A DNA stretch of 59,983 nt from positions 1-59,983 of the forward strand of contig JANOHT010000103.1 of the NCBI GenBank assembly GCA_031406605.1, given 5' to 3'. The position numbers were made by a program, and so were the translations under genes. This stretch comes from Methylotenera sp. Lineage in GTDB: Bacteria > Pseudomonadota > Gammaproteobacteria > Burkholderiales > Methylophilaceae. The notes under the pieces are model-generated. The model was not told the DNA's origin, searched no databases, and saw only the letters and a list, made by a program, of their open reading frames with translations. Positions 1-9,339 of the stretch are shown here, piece by piece; positions within the stretch are counted from its first letter, which is position 1, and the number at the start of each line of letters is the position of its first letter.

Positions 1-1557
1 CGTGAAAATGGTCGCCTACGCCAATTTAACTTGTCATGCCTAATCACTAAAGAGTTCATGGAAGCGGTTAAAGCGGACTCCGAGTGGAAGTTAGCATTTC
101 CAGTGACTGAAAAAGAAGCGATTGTGGATGGCTTAAATACCAATGACGTCACCCAAGTAGTATGGCGCGAGTGGCCAGTAAAAGGTAAATACCTCACTAA
201 GTCAGACGGCATTGATGCAGGCAAAGTAGCCTGCCGCGTATACAAAACTATCAAAGCACGTAGACTTTGGGATGTCATCATGTCCAGCACTTACGATTTT
301 GCTGAGCCAGGTTTTATCTTGATTGATCGTGTTAACGAAATGAATAACAACTGGTTCTGCGAAAACATCCGCGCGACTAACCCATGCGGCGAGCAACCAT
401 TGCCACCTTATGGCGCTTGTTTGCTAGGTTCAGTGAATCTCACTAAGTTCGTGAAAAAACCATTCACAGACGAAGCTTATTTTGACTGGGCAGAATATCG
501 CGATGTAGTAGCCATTTTTACCCGTATGCTAGATAACGTGGTTGAAATCAATGGCTTGCCATTACAACAACAACGCGATGAAATTGCGCGCAAACGCCGT
601 CACGGTATGGGTTATCTGGGTTTAGGCTCTGCACTCACCATGATGAAAATGAAGTATGGCGAAGACGATTCATTGAAATTTACCGATGAAGTCACCCGTA
701 TGATGGCAGAAGTGGGCTGGGAAGTTGGCGTAGAACTGGCGACTGAAAAAGGCGCTGCGCCTATCATGGAAGAGAAATTTGAAGTCACGGCTGACATGTT
801 AGCAAAACGCCCAGAAATGGCGGCGGATGGCATTAAAGTGGGTAGCAAAGTGGCTGGTAAAGTATTGTTAGGTAAGTACAGCCGCTACATGCAACAGTTT
901 CCAGAAGGTTTGCGTAACCAAATCGCTACTAAGGGTGTGCGCTTTACGCACCATAGCTCAATCGCGCCAACAGGGACGATCTCACTTTCATTAGCGAATA
1001 ATGCAAGCAACGGTATCGAGCCATCTTTTGCCCATCACTATGCACGTAACGTGATTCGTGAGGGTAAAAAGTCGAAAGAGAAAGTCGATGTATTCTCTTA
1101 TGAGTTATTGGCCTACCGCGAGTTGATTAACCCGAAAGCGATGCCTTTCAGCGATAAGCCTGAAGAACAGTTGCCGGATTACTTCCTGGATTCATCTACC
1201 ATCATGGCGAAAGCCCATGTGGACATTCAAGCAGCATCACAAAAATGGATAGATAGCTCGATTTCAAAAACCATCAATGTGCCAACGGATTATGACTTTG
1301 AAGATTTCAAAAACATCTATCTCTACGCTTACGACAAAGGCTTAAAAGGTTGTACTACATTTAGATTCAACCCAGAAGCATTCCAAGGCGTGCTGGTCAC
1401 TGAAAAAGATTTGGAAAATACCACCTACAAATTCACGCTGGATGATGGCACCGAACTAGAAGTAAAAGGCAATGAAGAGATTGAGTACGATGGCGAAATT
1501 CACTCGGCCGCGAATCTTTATGATGCGTTAAAAGAAGGTTATTACGGTAAGTTCTAG
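1..1557 (+). CDS. nrdJa: Class II (adenosylcobalamin-dependent) ribonucleotide reductase large chain NrdJa, 5'-truncated by the window
   Basis: Frame is open from base 1 (RENGRLRQFNLSCL...). RNR motifs TNPCGEQPL, IAPTGTIS, SISKTINVP and KGCTTFR. Followed by an NrdJb-type gene. Confidence 0.93.
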   Translation, partial: RENGRLRQFNLSCLITKEFMEAVKADSEWKLAFPVTEKEAIVDGLNTNDVTQVVWREWPVKGKYLTKSDGIDAGKVACRVYKTIKARRLWDVIMSSTYDFAEPGFILIDRVNEMNNNWFCENIRATNPCGEQPLPPYGACLLGSVNLTKFVKKPFTDEAYFDWAEYRDVVAIFTRMLDNVVEINGLPLQQQRDEIARKRRHGMGYLGLGSALTMMKMKYGEDDSLKFTDEVTRMMAEVGWEVGVELATEKGAAPIMEEKFEVTADMLAKRPEMAADGIKVGSKVAGKVLLGKYSRYMQQFPEGLRNQIATKGVRFTHHSSIAPTGTISLSLANNASNGIEPSFAHHYARNVIREGKKSKEKVDVFSYELLAYRELINPKAMPFSDKPEEQLPDYFLDSSTIMAKAHVDIQAASQKWIDSSISKTINVPTDYDFEDFKNIYLYAYDKGLKGCTTFRFNPEAFQGVLVTEKDLENTTYKFTLDDGTELEVKGNEEIEYDGEIHSAANLYDALKEGYYGKF

Positions 1558-1559
1558 GT

Positions 1560-1592
1560 GTAGAGTAGCGGATTTTCAATCCGCTACTCTAC
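1560..1592. repeat. GTAG-type REP-like palindrome
   Basis: Perfect 15-bp inverted repeat gtagagtagcggatt-ttc-aatccgctactctac, with GTAG at both ends and no U-tract. Confidence 0.65.
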
Positions 1593-1597
1593 GTAGA

Positions 1598-1666
1598 TTG
1601 TCATTCCGTGCTCGACATGGAATCCAGTGACTTAAACACTAGATTCCGACTTTGTCGGGATGACAA
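1598..1666. repeat. GTCATTCC...GGGATGAC (CGTC-type) REP-like dimer forming a cruciform
   Basis: Ends ttgtcattccg and cgggatgacaa pair. Internal hairpins attccgtg-ctcga-catggaat and attccgac-ttt-gtcgggat. Confidence 0.6.
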
Positions 1667-1684
1667 CATAAAGGAGAAAATATT

Positions 1685-2389
1685 ATGGCAGTTAAAATTG
1701 AAAAGAAAATCACTGGCTACGCGCTAGTAAACGAGCAAGATAAAATCGATGCAGCAGCAAAAGCGACTGAGTTAAAAGACCTTAATGCAAAAATCGTACA
1801 AATTGGCGAGCCGCTAGACCGCCCAGAAAAAATCACAGGCTCAACCTACAAGGTAAAAACCCCTGTAACTGAGCATGCGCTTTACATCACCATCAACGAT
1901 GTAGTGATGAACGAAGGCACAGCGCAAGAGCACCGCCGTCCGTTCGAGATTTTCATCAACTCCAAAAACATGGATCACTTCCAATGGATAGTCGCCCTCA
2001 CACGCGTAATGTCAGCTGTGTTCCGTAAAGGTGGCGACGTAACATTCTTGGTAGAGGAGCTTAAAAGCGTTTTCGAACCAAGCGGTGGCTACTTCAAAAA
2101 GGGCGGTAAATTTGTACCAAGTTTAGTGGCTGAGATTGGTGAAGTGGTTGAGCAACATCTGCAATCAATCGGTATGCTCAAAAAGCCAGGTTTAGACGAG
2201 CATCAACAAAAATTAGTCGATGAAAAAAAGACCGAGTATCTGCAAAAACACGCTAAATCAGGCGAAGAGATGAACGCAGAAGGCTTTCCCAAAAATGCCA
2301 GCCTTTGTAATAAGTGCCAAACCAAAGCCTCGATTGTGATGGATGGTTGTTTGACTTGTTTGAATTGTGGTGAGTCTAAATGTGGTTGA
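1685..2389 (+). CDS. nrdJb: Class II ribonucleotide reductase second chain NrdJb (TSCPD domain and C-terminal Cys cluster)
   Basis: RPFEIFINSK motif, C-terminal CNKC...CLTCLNCGESKCG, RBS aaggag, directly after nrdJa. Confidence 0.88.
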   Translation: MAVKIEKKITGYALVNEQDKIDAAAKATELKDLNAKIVQIGEPLDRPEKITGSTYKVKTPVTEHALYITINDVVMNEGTAQEHRRPFEIFINSKNMDHFQWIVALTRVMSAVFRKGGDVTFLVEELKSVFEPSGGYFKKGGKFVPSLVAEIGEVVEQHLQSIGMLKKPGLDEHQQKLVDEKKTEYLQKHAKSGEEMNAEGFPKNASLCNKCQTKASIVMDGCLTCLNCGESKCG

Positions 2390-2421
2390 TTTAATCGATA
2401 AAAGTTTGCCTAAGTGGGCGC

Positions 2422-3939
2422 GTGTCGCTATTGAGGACCTTCGTGAATTCGAACTCTCACAACAAAAAGCGTAAAAAATCTCCTCCTAATAAGGTGGAGG
2501 CCATAGCTTCACCAAGTCTTTATGCAAAGGCATTATATCGTCCTGCCGAAGAGATTATTCATGAGCTTCAGTTGCATCAAATCAAACTGGAAATGCAGAA
2601 TGAATCTTTGCGACAGGCTCAGGCGGCGTTGGAGCTGTCACGTAATTATTACGTAAATTTATATGAGCTTTCACCGATAGGTTATCTCACTATCACCGCT
2701 GAGGAGGTAATAGCTGAGTGCAATCCGAAAGCTTCCAAGCTGCTTGGACTAAAGCATGGCCGATTAATTAATAGCCGTTTATCACAATTTGTCGCTGCTC
2801 GTGACAAAGACTGCTGGTTAAGCCAGTTCTTAAACTTTAAGCAGAGTGTTGAAAATAAAGATCTTGAGCTTGATTTAACACTGCTACGCGAAGATGATAC
2901 AGAGATCTGTGTCCATCTTCAGTGTGTACAGTTGGATGAAGTTAATGTCCCCTTGATGTTGCGTATTGCGATTACGGATATCACCTCCCGTAAAATGATT
3001 GAAAACTCTTTGCGAGAGCAGGAGGAGTTTTTTCGTTTTATAACTGAGAACAGTGAAGATTTTATCGCAGTGTTGGATCTGGAAGGACGAAGGCTTTATA
3101 ACAATCGGTCATATGCTAAACTTTTCGGTGATATTGCAAACCTTGAAGGTACTGACTCCTTTGCCGATATACATCCAGATGATCGAGAACGGGTTAGAAA
3201 AGCGTTTAAGGAAACCATACAAACTGGCATTGGTCAAAGGTCAGAATTTCGATTTTTACTTGCTAACGGCGTTATCCGACACATCGAATCTTCTGGTGGG
3301 TTGGTAAAAAATAACAAAAACCAGCCGTCCTTTGTAGTGGTAGTGTCACACGATATCACCGAACGCAAACGGAACGAAGATCAAATTCAGAACTTGGCGT
3401 TCTTTGACCAACTCACACAACTGCCAAACCGTCGTTTGTTTAACGACCGTATTATTCAGAGTATGGCTGCCAGCAAACGAAGTGGGCGTTTTGGCGCAGT
3501 GATATTTCTGGATCTTGACAACTTTAAGCCTATCAACGACGAGTACGGACATTCGATAGGAGACTTGTTGTTGATTGAGGTGGCAAATCGACTGAAAAGT
3601 TGTGTGCGTGAAGCAGATACCGTGTCACGCTTCGGTGGTGACGAGTTTGTGGTAATGGTGAATGAGCTAGATACTGATAAGACTAAATCAACTTTACAAG
3701 CAGAAATTGTCGCAGAAAAAGTCCGCCTCACGCTATCGGAGCCTTATTTTATTACAATGAAGCAAGCCGAAAAGGCAGATACCATAATTGAACATCATTG
3801 CACGGCGAGTTTAGGTGTGTCCTTATTTGTGGAACATAAAGTAAGTCAGGACGATATAATTAGGACGGCCGATTCAGCGATGTACAAAGCAAAAGAAGCT
3901 GGAGGCAATTTAATTCGATTCTATAATCCAATATCCTGA
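2422..3939 (+). CDS. PAS-PAS-GGDEF diguanylate cyclase
   Basis: ELQLHQIKLEMQN coiled coil, two PAS domains (IHPDD, DITERK), DLDNFK, RxxD I-site (READ) and GGDEF. No EAL domain. Confidence 0.9.
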   Translation: MSLLRTFVNSNSHNKKRKKSPPNKVEAIASPSLYAKALYRPAEEIIHELQLHQIKLEMQNESLRQAQAALELSRNYYVNLYELSPIGYLTITAEEVIAECNPKASKLLGLKHGRLINSRLSQFVAARDKDCWLSQFLNFKQSVENKDLELDLTLLREDDTEICVHLQCVQLDEVNVPLMLRIAITDITSRKMIENSLREQEEFFRFITENSEDFIAVLDLEGRRLYNNRSYAKLFGDIANLEGTDSFADIHPDDRERVRKAFKETIQTGIGQRSEFRFLLANGVIRHIESSGGLVKNNKNQPSFVVVVSHDITERKRNEDQIQNLAFFDQLTQLPNRRLFNDRIIQSMAASKRSGRFGAVIFLDLDNFKPINDEYGHSIGDLLLIEVANRLKSCVREADTVSRFGGDEFVVMVNELDTDKTKSTLQAEIVAEKVRLTLSEPYFITMKQAEKADTIIEHHCTASLGVSLFVEHKVSQDDIIRTADSAMYKAKEAGGNLIRFYNPIS

Positions 3940-4082
3940 TATGGGAGTATTTGGGTAAATTTGAAACAAACATTAATCACAAATTTAAGACAAAAAATAG
4001 AATCGCGAAAAAATAATTTTTTCGCTTAATGCATGCTTAAATTTTGACTATCAGACAGCGTACGTATAGACAGAAAACGATG

Positions 4083-4280
4083 CTATAAACGTTGATAGAT
4101 TCTATCAATCTGCATTTCGTCTGAATCAATTGATGCATCTTCGTTCAAATTTTCATTGAAGTTGTACTCAGTCATGTTGAAGTCAGATTTTGTACTTTTT
4201 CTTAACCCATTTCTATTGTTGGGTTGATATGGAGGAAATATATAATTTAAAAGCTGTACCTTTTTGAAGAAATGTAACAT
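4083..4280 (-). CDS. Small hypothetical protein, 65 aa, acidic C-terminus
   Basis: Strong RBS (aggag, 7 nt before ATG) and an upstream sigma54-type promoter. Confidence 0.55.
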   Translation of the reverse strand: MLHFFKKVQLLNYIFPPYQPNNRNGLRKSTKSDFNMTEYNFNENLNEDASIDSDEMQIDRIYQRL

Positions 4281-4315
4281 TTTTATTCTCCTAAAATTGA
4301 CTATACTTAAAAACG

Positions 4316-4331
4316 AGCATAGCCCATGCCA
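4316..4331 (-). promoter_or_regulatory. Sigma54 -24/-12 promoter
   Basis: Minus strand TGGCATGGGCTATGCT has correct GG-N10-GC spacing. Confidence 0.6.
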
Positions 4332-4347
4332 ATAATAGGAATAAAAA

Positions 4348-4360
4348 CAACCTGTTGATT
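4348..4360 (-). promoter_or_regulatory. IHF binding site
   Basis: AATCAACAGGTTG matches WATCAANNNNTTR exactly and lies just upstream of the sigma54 site. Confidence 0.55.
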
Positions 4361-4474
4361 TTTAACAATATATAGTTTATTTTTTGCAATATTGTGTTAA
4401 TTGAATGTTGAGATTTATATAAAAATGTTGGAATATCACCAAGTGCTTGAGCTTCTATTTTTAATTAAGTATCA

Positions 4475-5002
4475 TCACTGAAGGGGCTTCACCGCTCCGC
4501 AACTTGCACTCACCCATTTTCCGTTGATATCAGCTTGCTCATTTACAGGGTTGCCTTGGGCAACGCCATTGAATTTAGTTTGTCCTGCGAAGTTTTCTGG
4601 GCCTGTGATTGTTCCTTCTGCAATTCCATTGCCTTTTAAATCGGCGCTGTCACAAACGAAGTCCATTTTGTAGTTGTTACCAGTACGGGTTGAGTTTTTA
4701 GTCGTGCAACCTAATTGATTTTGAATAAAAATGGGTGGCGATTTTTGATTCGCCATTTCTTGCGTAATACAAGCATTGGATACGGCTGCGCCATTTTGAA
4801 TTTGTGGCATATCATATCCGTAGTCTTTTACTAGGTCTTTGATGCTTTGCATTTGATCTGCTGGAATATGGGGCACTAATCGTAACAAGTCTGAGGTTGT
4901 CGTGATTTCCCATAATCCAGGACGCATGTTGGTTTCTGCTGAGTTTGCAGTTGATACTGACAATGGGGATATTAAGGTAATAGCAAGAAGGAATTTACGC
5001 AT
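4475..5002 (-). CDS. DUF3617-family secreted protein
   Basis: Signal peptide, MRPGLWEIT motif, conserved Cys pattern, GKWVSASCG C-terminus. Confidence 0.8.
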   Translation of the reverse strand: MRKFLLAITLISPLSVSTANSAETNMRPGLWEITTTSDLLRLVPHIPADQMQSIKDLVKDYGYDMPQIQNGAAVSNACITQEMANQKSPPIFIQNQLGCTTKNSTRTGNNYKMDFVCDSADLKGNGIAEGTITGPENFAGQTKFNGVAQGNPVNEQADINGKWVSASCGAVKPLQ

Positions 5003-5250
5003 TGAATCTCCTAGATAATTGTTGATACATAATTTTCAGAGGGCATATAAGCAAGTTAAGTTCAGATGAATGCTTATTGTCTATCGCTCTTTGGGAATAT
5101 GCACGTAATACAAATAGTACTCTGTAAGTAATTAGGCTAACTTATATATTAGTTTTTTCGCCAGATTATATATCTGCAATAGACAACGAATGAGCAATGG
5201 CGCATGATTAGATTTGAATTCAAACCATTTTAAAAAGATTGGAGAATTTC

Positions 5251-5460
5251 ATGCCCGAACATATTTACAAACTTATTGAGCTAGTCGGATCTTCAACTAT
5301 CAGTTCTGATGATGCGATAAATAATGCAATTGCTAAAGCCTCAATTACGGTTAAACACATGAGTTGGTACGAATTAGTTGAATCTCGCGGTCATATCGTA
5401 GATGGCAAGATTGCTCACTATCAAGTCACAATCAAGGTTGGTTTTAGAATAGAAGGCTAA
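5251..5460 (+). CDS. Dodecin (flavin-binding protein)
   Basis: YKLIELVGSS...WYELVESRGHI...YQVTIKVGFRI. Start moved to ATG 5251, which follows RBS ggag. Confidence 0.92.
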   Translation: MPEHIYKLIELVGSSTISSDDAINNAIAKASITVKHMSWYELVESRGHIVDGKIAHYQVTIKVGFRIEG

Positions 5461-5561
5461 TCTAAATAGCGCTTTGGCAGTCGGCATTGGGTGATGACGG
5501 ATCAATGTAAGGTTGTCAACTCACCCTGTTTAGCCTGATGTCATCTCCGCTTAAGCTGAAA

Positions 5562-5592
5562 CTAAGTGGCATAAATAATTTACGCCACTTAG
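5562..5592. terminator. Hairpin between the convergent dodecin and DUF1097 genes
   Basis: ctaagtggc/gccacttag stem extended by taaat/attta. No clear U-tract. Confidence 0.4.
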
Positions 5593-6134
5593 CTAGTTAA
5601 CTTTTTTGTTATCCGTAGTTTACATAGCCAAGTGACCATCATGGCGTTAATGTATCCAGCACTCGCGCCTAACACAACACAAAAACCTATTGCCACGATA
5701 GCATTTTGAAACGATAGCGATAGCAGAATATCTTGATTGAACAGCCCAGGTACACTTAAAAATGCCCAAATAGAGGCATATCCGTAAATCATTGCTGGAG
5801 TAACCGAAAGTAGGCTGAATACGCTTAATCTCATTAACATGGCAATCACAGCGGCAATTAATATTGGCGCCCATAGCTGGTTTGCTAATTCGCCTGACAA
5901 AGGGTTATTGATAACAAGTAATGCAGACACCCAAGAAGCAAAAGCGCCTAGCCCTATATGCATGACTGTGGAGCAAAACGCTTGATTTTTATTGATACCG
6001 CCATCCATATGAAAGAAGCATGCCCAAGTGATAAATATGGGCCATGCTGGAATGAACGGAAAGTAACCCAAAAAATAAACGGCGATGGCTGTAAGTGTGA
6101 ATCCGGAAAGTGTGATTGCGTTAATAGGTTTCAT
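5589..6134 (-). CDS. DUF1097-family membrane protein
   Basis: Very hydrophobic, with WPIFITWACFF and PAMIYGYAS motifs. Confidence 0.7.
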   Translation of the reverse strand: MKPINAITLSGFTLTAIAVYFLGYFPFIPAWPIFITWACFFHMDGGINKNQAFCSTVMHIGLGAFASWVSALLVINNPLSGELANQLWAPILIAAVIAMLMRLSVFSLLSVTPAMIYGYASIWAFLSVPGLFNQDILLSLSFQNAIVAIGFCVVLGASAGYINAMMVTWLCKLRITKKLTS

Positions 6135-6205
6135 GTTGGCTCCGAAGATATTGGATAGCGATATTGGTTAAACTTAGTAACTAAATTGATTGAGGCTTAT
6201 TAAAA

Positions 6206-6862
6206 CTAAGCCTTACCGGTGACGACCATTTCTATGTATTCTTCTGGTGTAATCGTGCCACCTAGTATTTGAGCAATATGTTTGTCACGCTCAGGTAGCG
6301 AGTCTTGGAGGTTATCTATACGCTTCCACTGTGCTAAAGGCGTTGTACAGTCTTTTTGCGGGACGTACTGTGAAGGCTGCAACTGCTGGTACTTATGGAT
6401 GTAGCGCGTACAGTTGATGAATATTTCCGTGACATTGACGATAACAATGATTTCAGCACCAGGGAATTCGTCTAGCAATGCGCTATCTTTTTGAAGATTG
6501 GCTGTGCCGTGCACCCGCACGCGATGTGGCGTTTCAAAATCAATAAATAGCATGCCGATTTTAGGGTTAACATTGATGTTGCCCATTGATAAAAACATGC
6601 CATTTCCATCGTAACTAGGGAATGCCAAAGTATTAATATCCAAAACTTTCACAAACCCACGGCTACCACCTTTATACGAACATGTTGGATAGCCACGGTG
6701 ATCAACGGTGCTCAGAAAGAACATATCTCGACTCTCGATAAAGCCTTTGTGCTCATTAGCAATTTCTGTACTGACAATGTTGGATTGCACAGCATTAGCT
6801 AGTCTTTGGGTATCAAACTCTTCTTGTAGCGCGAGGTGTTGTTTACCATATAAATCCGTCAT
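6206..6862 (-). CDS. Pyridoxamine 5'-phosphate oxidase-like FMN-binding protein
   Basis: FFLSTVD...PTCSYKGG..GFV, FPSYDGNGMFLSMGNI, GMLFIDF, RVRVHG. Confidence 0.85.
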   Translation of the reverse strand: MTDLYGKQHLALQEEFDTQRLANAVQSNIVSTEIANEHKGFIESRDMFFLSTVDHRGYPTCSYKGGSRGFVKVLDINTLAFPSYDGNGMFLSMGNINVNPKIGMLFIDFETPHRVRVHGTANLQKDSALLDEFPGAEIIVIVNVTEIFINCTRYIHKYQQLQPSQYVPQKDCTTPLAQWKRIDNLQDSLPERDKHIAQILGGTITPEEYIEMVVTGKA

Positions 6863-6879
6863 AAAACTTCCTGTTTTAA

Positions 6880-6898
6880 ATATCCATATATCGGATAT
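6880..6898. promoter_or_regulatory. Putative IclR-family operator 1
   Basis: Palindrome atatcc-N7-ggatat immediately upstream of the PNPOx-like gene. Confidence 0.6.
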
Positions 6899-6978
6899 AT
6901 ATAAAATTTAATTTGTATATTTATGGAAACATGTTAATAATTTATGCTTATATTAGTCAATTAATAGCATTATTTATA

Positions 6979-6995
6979 TGTCCGATATTCGGACA
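6979..6995. promoter_or_regulatory. Putative IclR-family operator 2
   Basis: Palindrome tgtccg-atatt-cggaca, resembling PobR-type IclR operators, upstream of the regulator. Confidence 0.65.
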
Positions 6996-7012
6996 CTAAT
7001 TGGATTGACGCA

Positions 7013-7825
7013 ATGAAAAGCAGAAAAAATATGAATGTGGCAAGCACCCAAACAAGTCCGTCTACGGGTAGCTTAAATCGCTCGCTCATATTGATAAGTG
7101 CAATAGCGCGTGGGTCAAGAAAAGGCAGCTTGCTCACTGAGCTTGTGACTAGAACGGGGCTGCCACGCACTACTATTCATCGAGTATTGGATGCGTTGAT
7201 TGAAATTGGGTGGATAGAAAAGGATGAAACAAGTAGCCGATTTAAACTAGGATTAGATTTAGCCGCATTAGGCTACACAGCAATTACACACAATTCTCTT
7301 GAGCGTATTGCAAGTGTGGAGCTCAGTACTTTGGCCGAAGATATCAACCAAGTGATCTATCTGGGTGTCAGGTCTGGACTTGATATGGTCTGTGTAGGTC
7401 GTTATGAAAGCCAATCTCAGATCATGGTAGGAAGAGGTTGGGTTGGCATGAGGGGGCCATTAGGAATGAGTCCAAGCTGCATGGGTATGTTCGCTAAGAT
7501 GCCTGCAAATGAGGTGCATGAAATAGTACATGCAAATATGTCACGCTATCACCGTATTGAAGGGTTTGATGAACTTGGTTTTCATCGAACACTGCAAGAG
7601 TCGATCAAAATTGGCTATGGTCTCTATGACAATATTCTTTTAGATAGAACGACGAGTGGGCTTGGTGTGGCCATACTGGATCCATCAGGTTACCCAATAG
7701 CTTCTATAGGCACTACCTATATTAACGGCTGGTTATCAACGGATCAAAAGCGCACCTGTTTAGAAAAATTACATGCAGCAACGTCTAAAATAACTTCAAC
7801 ATTATTTTTAGCGATGGAGACCTAG
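7013..7825 (+). CDS. IclR-family transcriptional regulator
   Basis: N-terminal HTH (LTELVTRTGLPRTTIHRVL...GWI) and IclR effector domain (GLGVAILDPSGYPIASI). Confidence 0.9.
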   Translation: MKSRKNMNVASTQTSPSTGSLNRSLILISAIARGSRKGSLLTELVTRTGLPRTTIHRVLDALIEIGWIEKDETSSRFKLGLDLAALGYTAITHNSLERIASVELSTLAEDINQVIYLGVRSGLDMVCVGRYESQSQIMVGRGWVGMRGPLGMSPSCMGMFAKMPANEVHEIVHANMSRYHRIEGFDELGFHRTLQESIKIGYGLYDNILLDRTTSGLGVAILDPSGYPIASIGTTYINGWLSTDQKRTCLEKLHAATSKITSTLFLAMET

Positions 7826-7886
7826 TTAATCAAGTACTAAAATTGAGGTTTGATAGAAACCAGTTAGGACACAACAGTATTTATAC

Positions 7887-8792
7887 TTATGAGTCAGTGA
7901 CAAACGCATTAGTCTCTTTGTTAACAGCAGCGTTAATCGCGATTACAGCAGGGTGGCTCGCGCGTCTATCCACCGAAATAGCATAAAACCGCTCGAGCAC
8001 TTCATCTGTCTGGCCGATTTTAACAACCCCATATTGCAATTGCACTTCCTCATCAATCATAGATGGTGCAGTGAAGATTCCGACCCCAGCCTGACCAAAA
8101 ACCTTCATTAATGCACTATCGTCGAACTCACCCACCAAAGTCGGGCGGAGGCGCTTCATGTCCAACCACTGCATAAGTCTTTTGCGCATGCTAGTGTCAG
8201 TGCTTGGCACCAGTAACGGAGCACGGTTGAGGCTGTCGGGGAAGTTTCTGCCATATTGTTCTGCCAGTTTTGTGGAGGCAAAAAAACTCACACCACATTC
8301 AACAAGCTTATTGCTATAGCCCTTGATGTTAATATCCGTGGGCATCGGTCTATCGGATAGCACCAAATCTAAACGGTGTATCGCCAAATCAGCTAACAAA
8401 CGCTCTAACTTATCCTCTTTACATATTATTTTTATAGGCTCTTCAAGGCACATTGCTGGGGCTAACAGTCTATATACAATAGACTTTGTCATCACATCGG
8501 CAATGCCGACTCGAAATTGTGTCAGGCGTTTTACCGTTCCTCCACTTAAAGCCTGCTCCATTTCAGCGCCAACTTCAAAAATTTCATCCGCGTAAGATAA
8601 AGCCAATCGGCCTGTTTCGGTAAGCTCTAGCCCTCGCCCGACACGGCGAAATAGCGTGGTTTCTAACGATGCCTCTAACAAGCCAATCTGACCGCTGAGT
8701 GTTTGTGGTGTGAGGTCTAGCTGCTCGCTAGCGCGAGCTATACTACCTGCGTGAGCAACCTGCCAGAAATAGTGTAGTTGTTTGTAATTCAT
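7887..8792 (-). CDS. nhaR: NhaR-like LysR transcriptional activator
   Basis: MNYKQLHYFW..A..GSIARASEQL.LTPQTLSGQI and EFDDSALMKVFGQAG are characteristic of the NhaR subfamily. Confidence 0.85.
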   Translation of the reverse strand: MNYKQLHYFWQVAHAGSIARASEQLDLTPQTLSGQIGLLEASLETTLFRRVGRGLELTETGRLALSYADEIFEVGAEMEQALSGGTVKRLTQFRVGIADVMTKSIVYRLLAPAMCLEEPIKIICKEDKLERLLADLAIHRLDLVLSDRPMPTDINIKGYSNKLVECGVSFFASTKLAEQYGRNFPDSLNRAPLLVPSTDTSMRKRLMQWLDMKRLRPTLVGEFDDSALMKVFGQAGVGIFTAPSMIDEEVQLQYGVVKIGQTDEVLERFYAISVDRRASHPAVIAINAAVNKETNAFVTDS

Positions 8793-8813
8793 GATGAAGT
8801 CTCGATAATCAGT

Positions 8814-8865
8814 TTTTTACGAGCATTTAATCAGTATATGCTTTATTTTTACGAAGTGTTAATTC
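8814..8865. promoter_or_regulatory. Direct repeat in the divergent promoter, candidate NhaR sites
   Basis: tttttacga at 8814-8822 and 8846-8854, 32 bp apart, each followed by ttaat. Confidence 0.45.
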
Positions 8866-8906
8866 ACCTATCATACATGCACTTTTAATGCTTATTTAAA
8901 GGAAAC

Positions 8907-9254
8907 ATGATGCAGCTTGATATTCAGACTAACGGCTTTTCGTTAACAGAAGGTATACGTATCTACACCACACGACGCATGCAATTTGCGCTGGATCGCA
9001 ATGACGGACAAATTTTAAATGCAAGGGTGAGCCTTGCCGACATTAATGGCCCGCGTGGTGGAATCGACAAACGATGCCAAATAAACCTATCATTGGTTGG
9101 GCAGAATAACATCGTGATTGAGGATATTGAAGCTGATTTATATGTGGCTATCGATCGTGCAAGTGATCGTTGTGAGCGTACACTCACAAGACGGTTGGAA
9201 CGTTTACGGGAACATTCGCACGATTCTGCAAACATTCAATTAGAGGTTGAATAG
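8907..9254 (+). CDS. HPF/RaiA-family ribosome-associated protein (DINGPRGG subgroup)
   Basis: MQLDIQ...LTEGIR.Y...[14 protein letters not shown] and DLYVAIDRA, matching the HPF-fold D(L/M)Y.AID motif. Confidence 0.8.
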   Translation: MMQLDIQTNGFSLTEGIRIYTTRRMQFALDRNDGQILNARVSLADINGPRGGIDKRCQINLSLVGQNNIVIEDIEADLYVAIDRASDRCERTLTRRLERLREHSHDSANIQLEVE

Positions 9255-9339
9255 TAATAAAATCGATAGTTTTAGCGAGTTTGATCTAAGTGAATCAAAA
9301 CTTAATTTAAACCTTAGTTTTAATTTTATGGAGTTAGTA

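Noticed and set aside
340-420. Intein or intron at the RNR active-site region
   Set aside because: TNPCGEQPLPPYGAC is contiguous, with no insertion.
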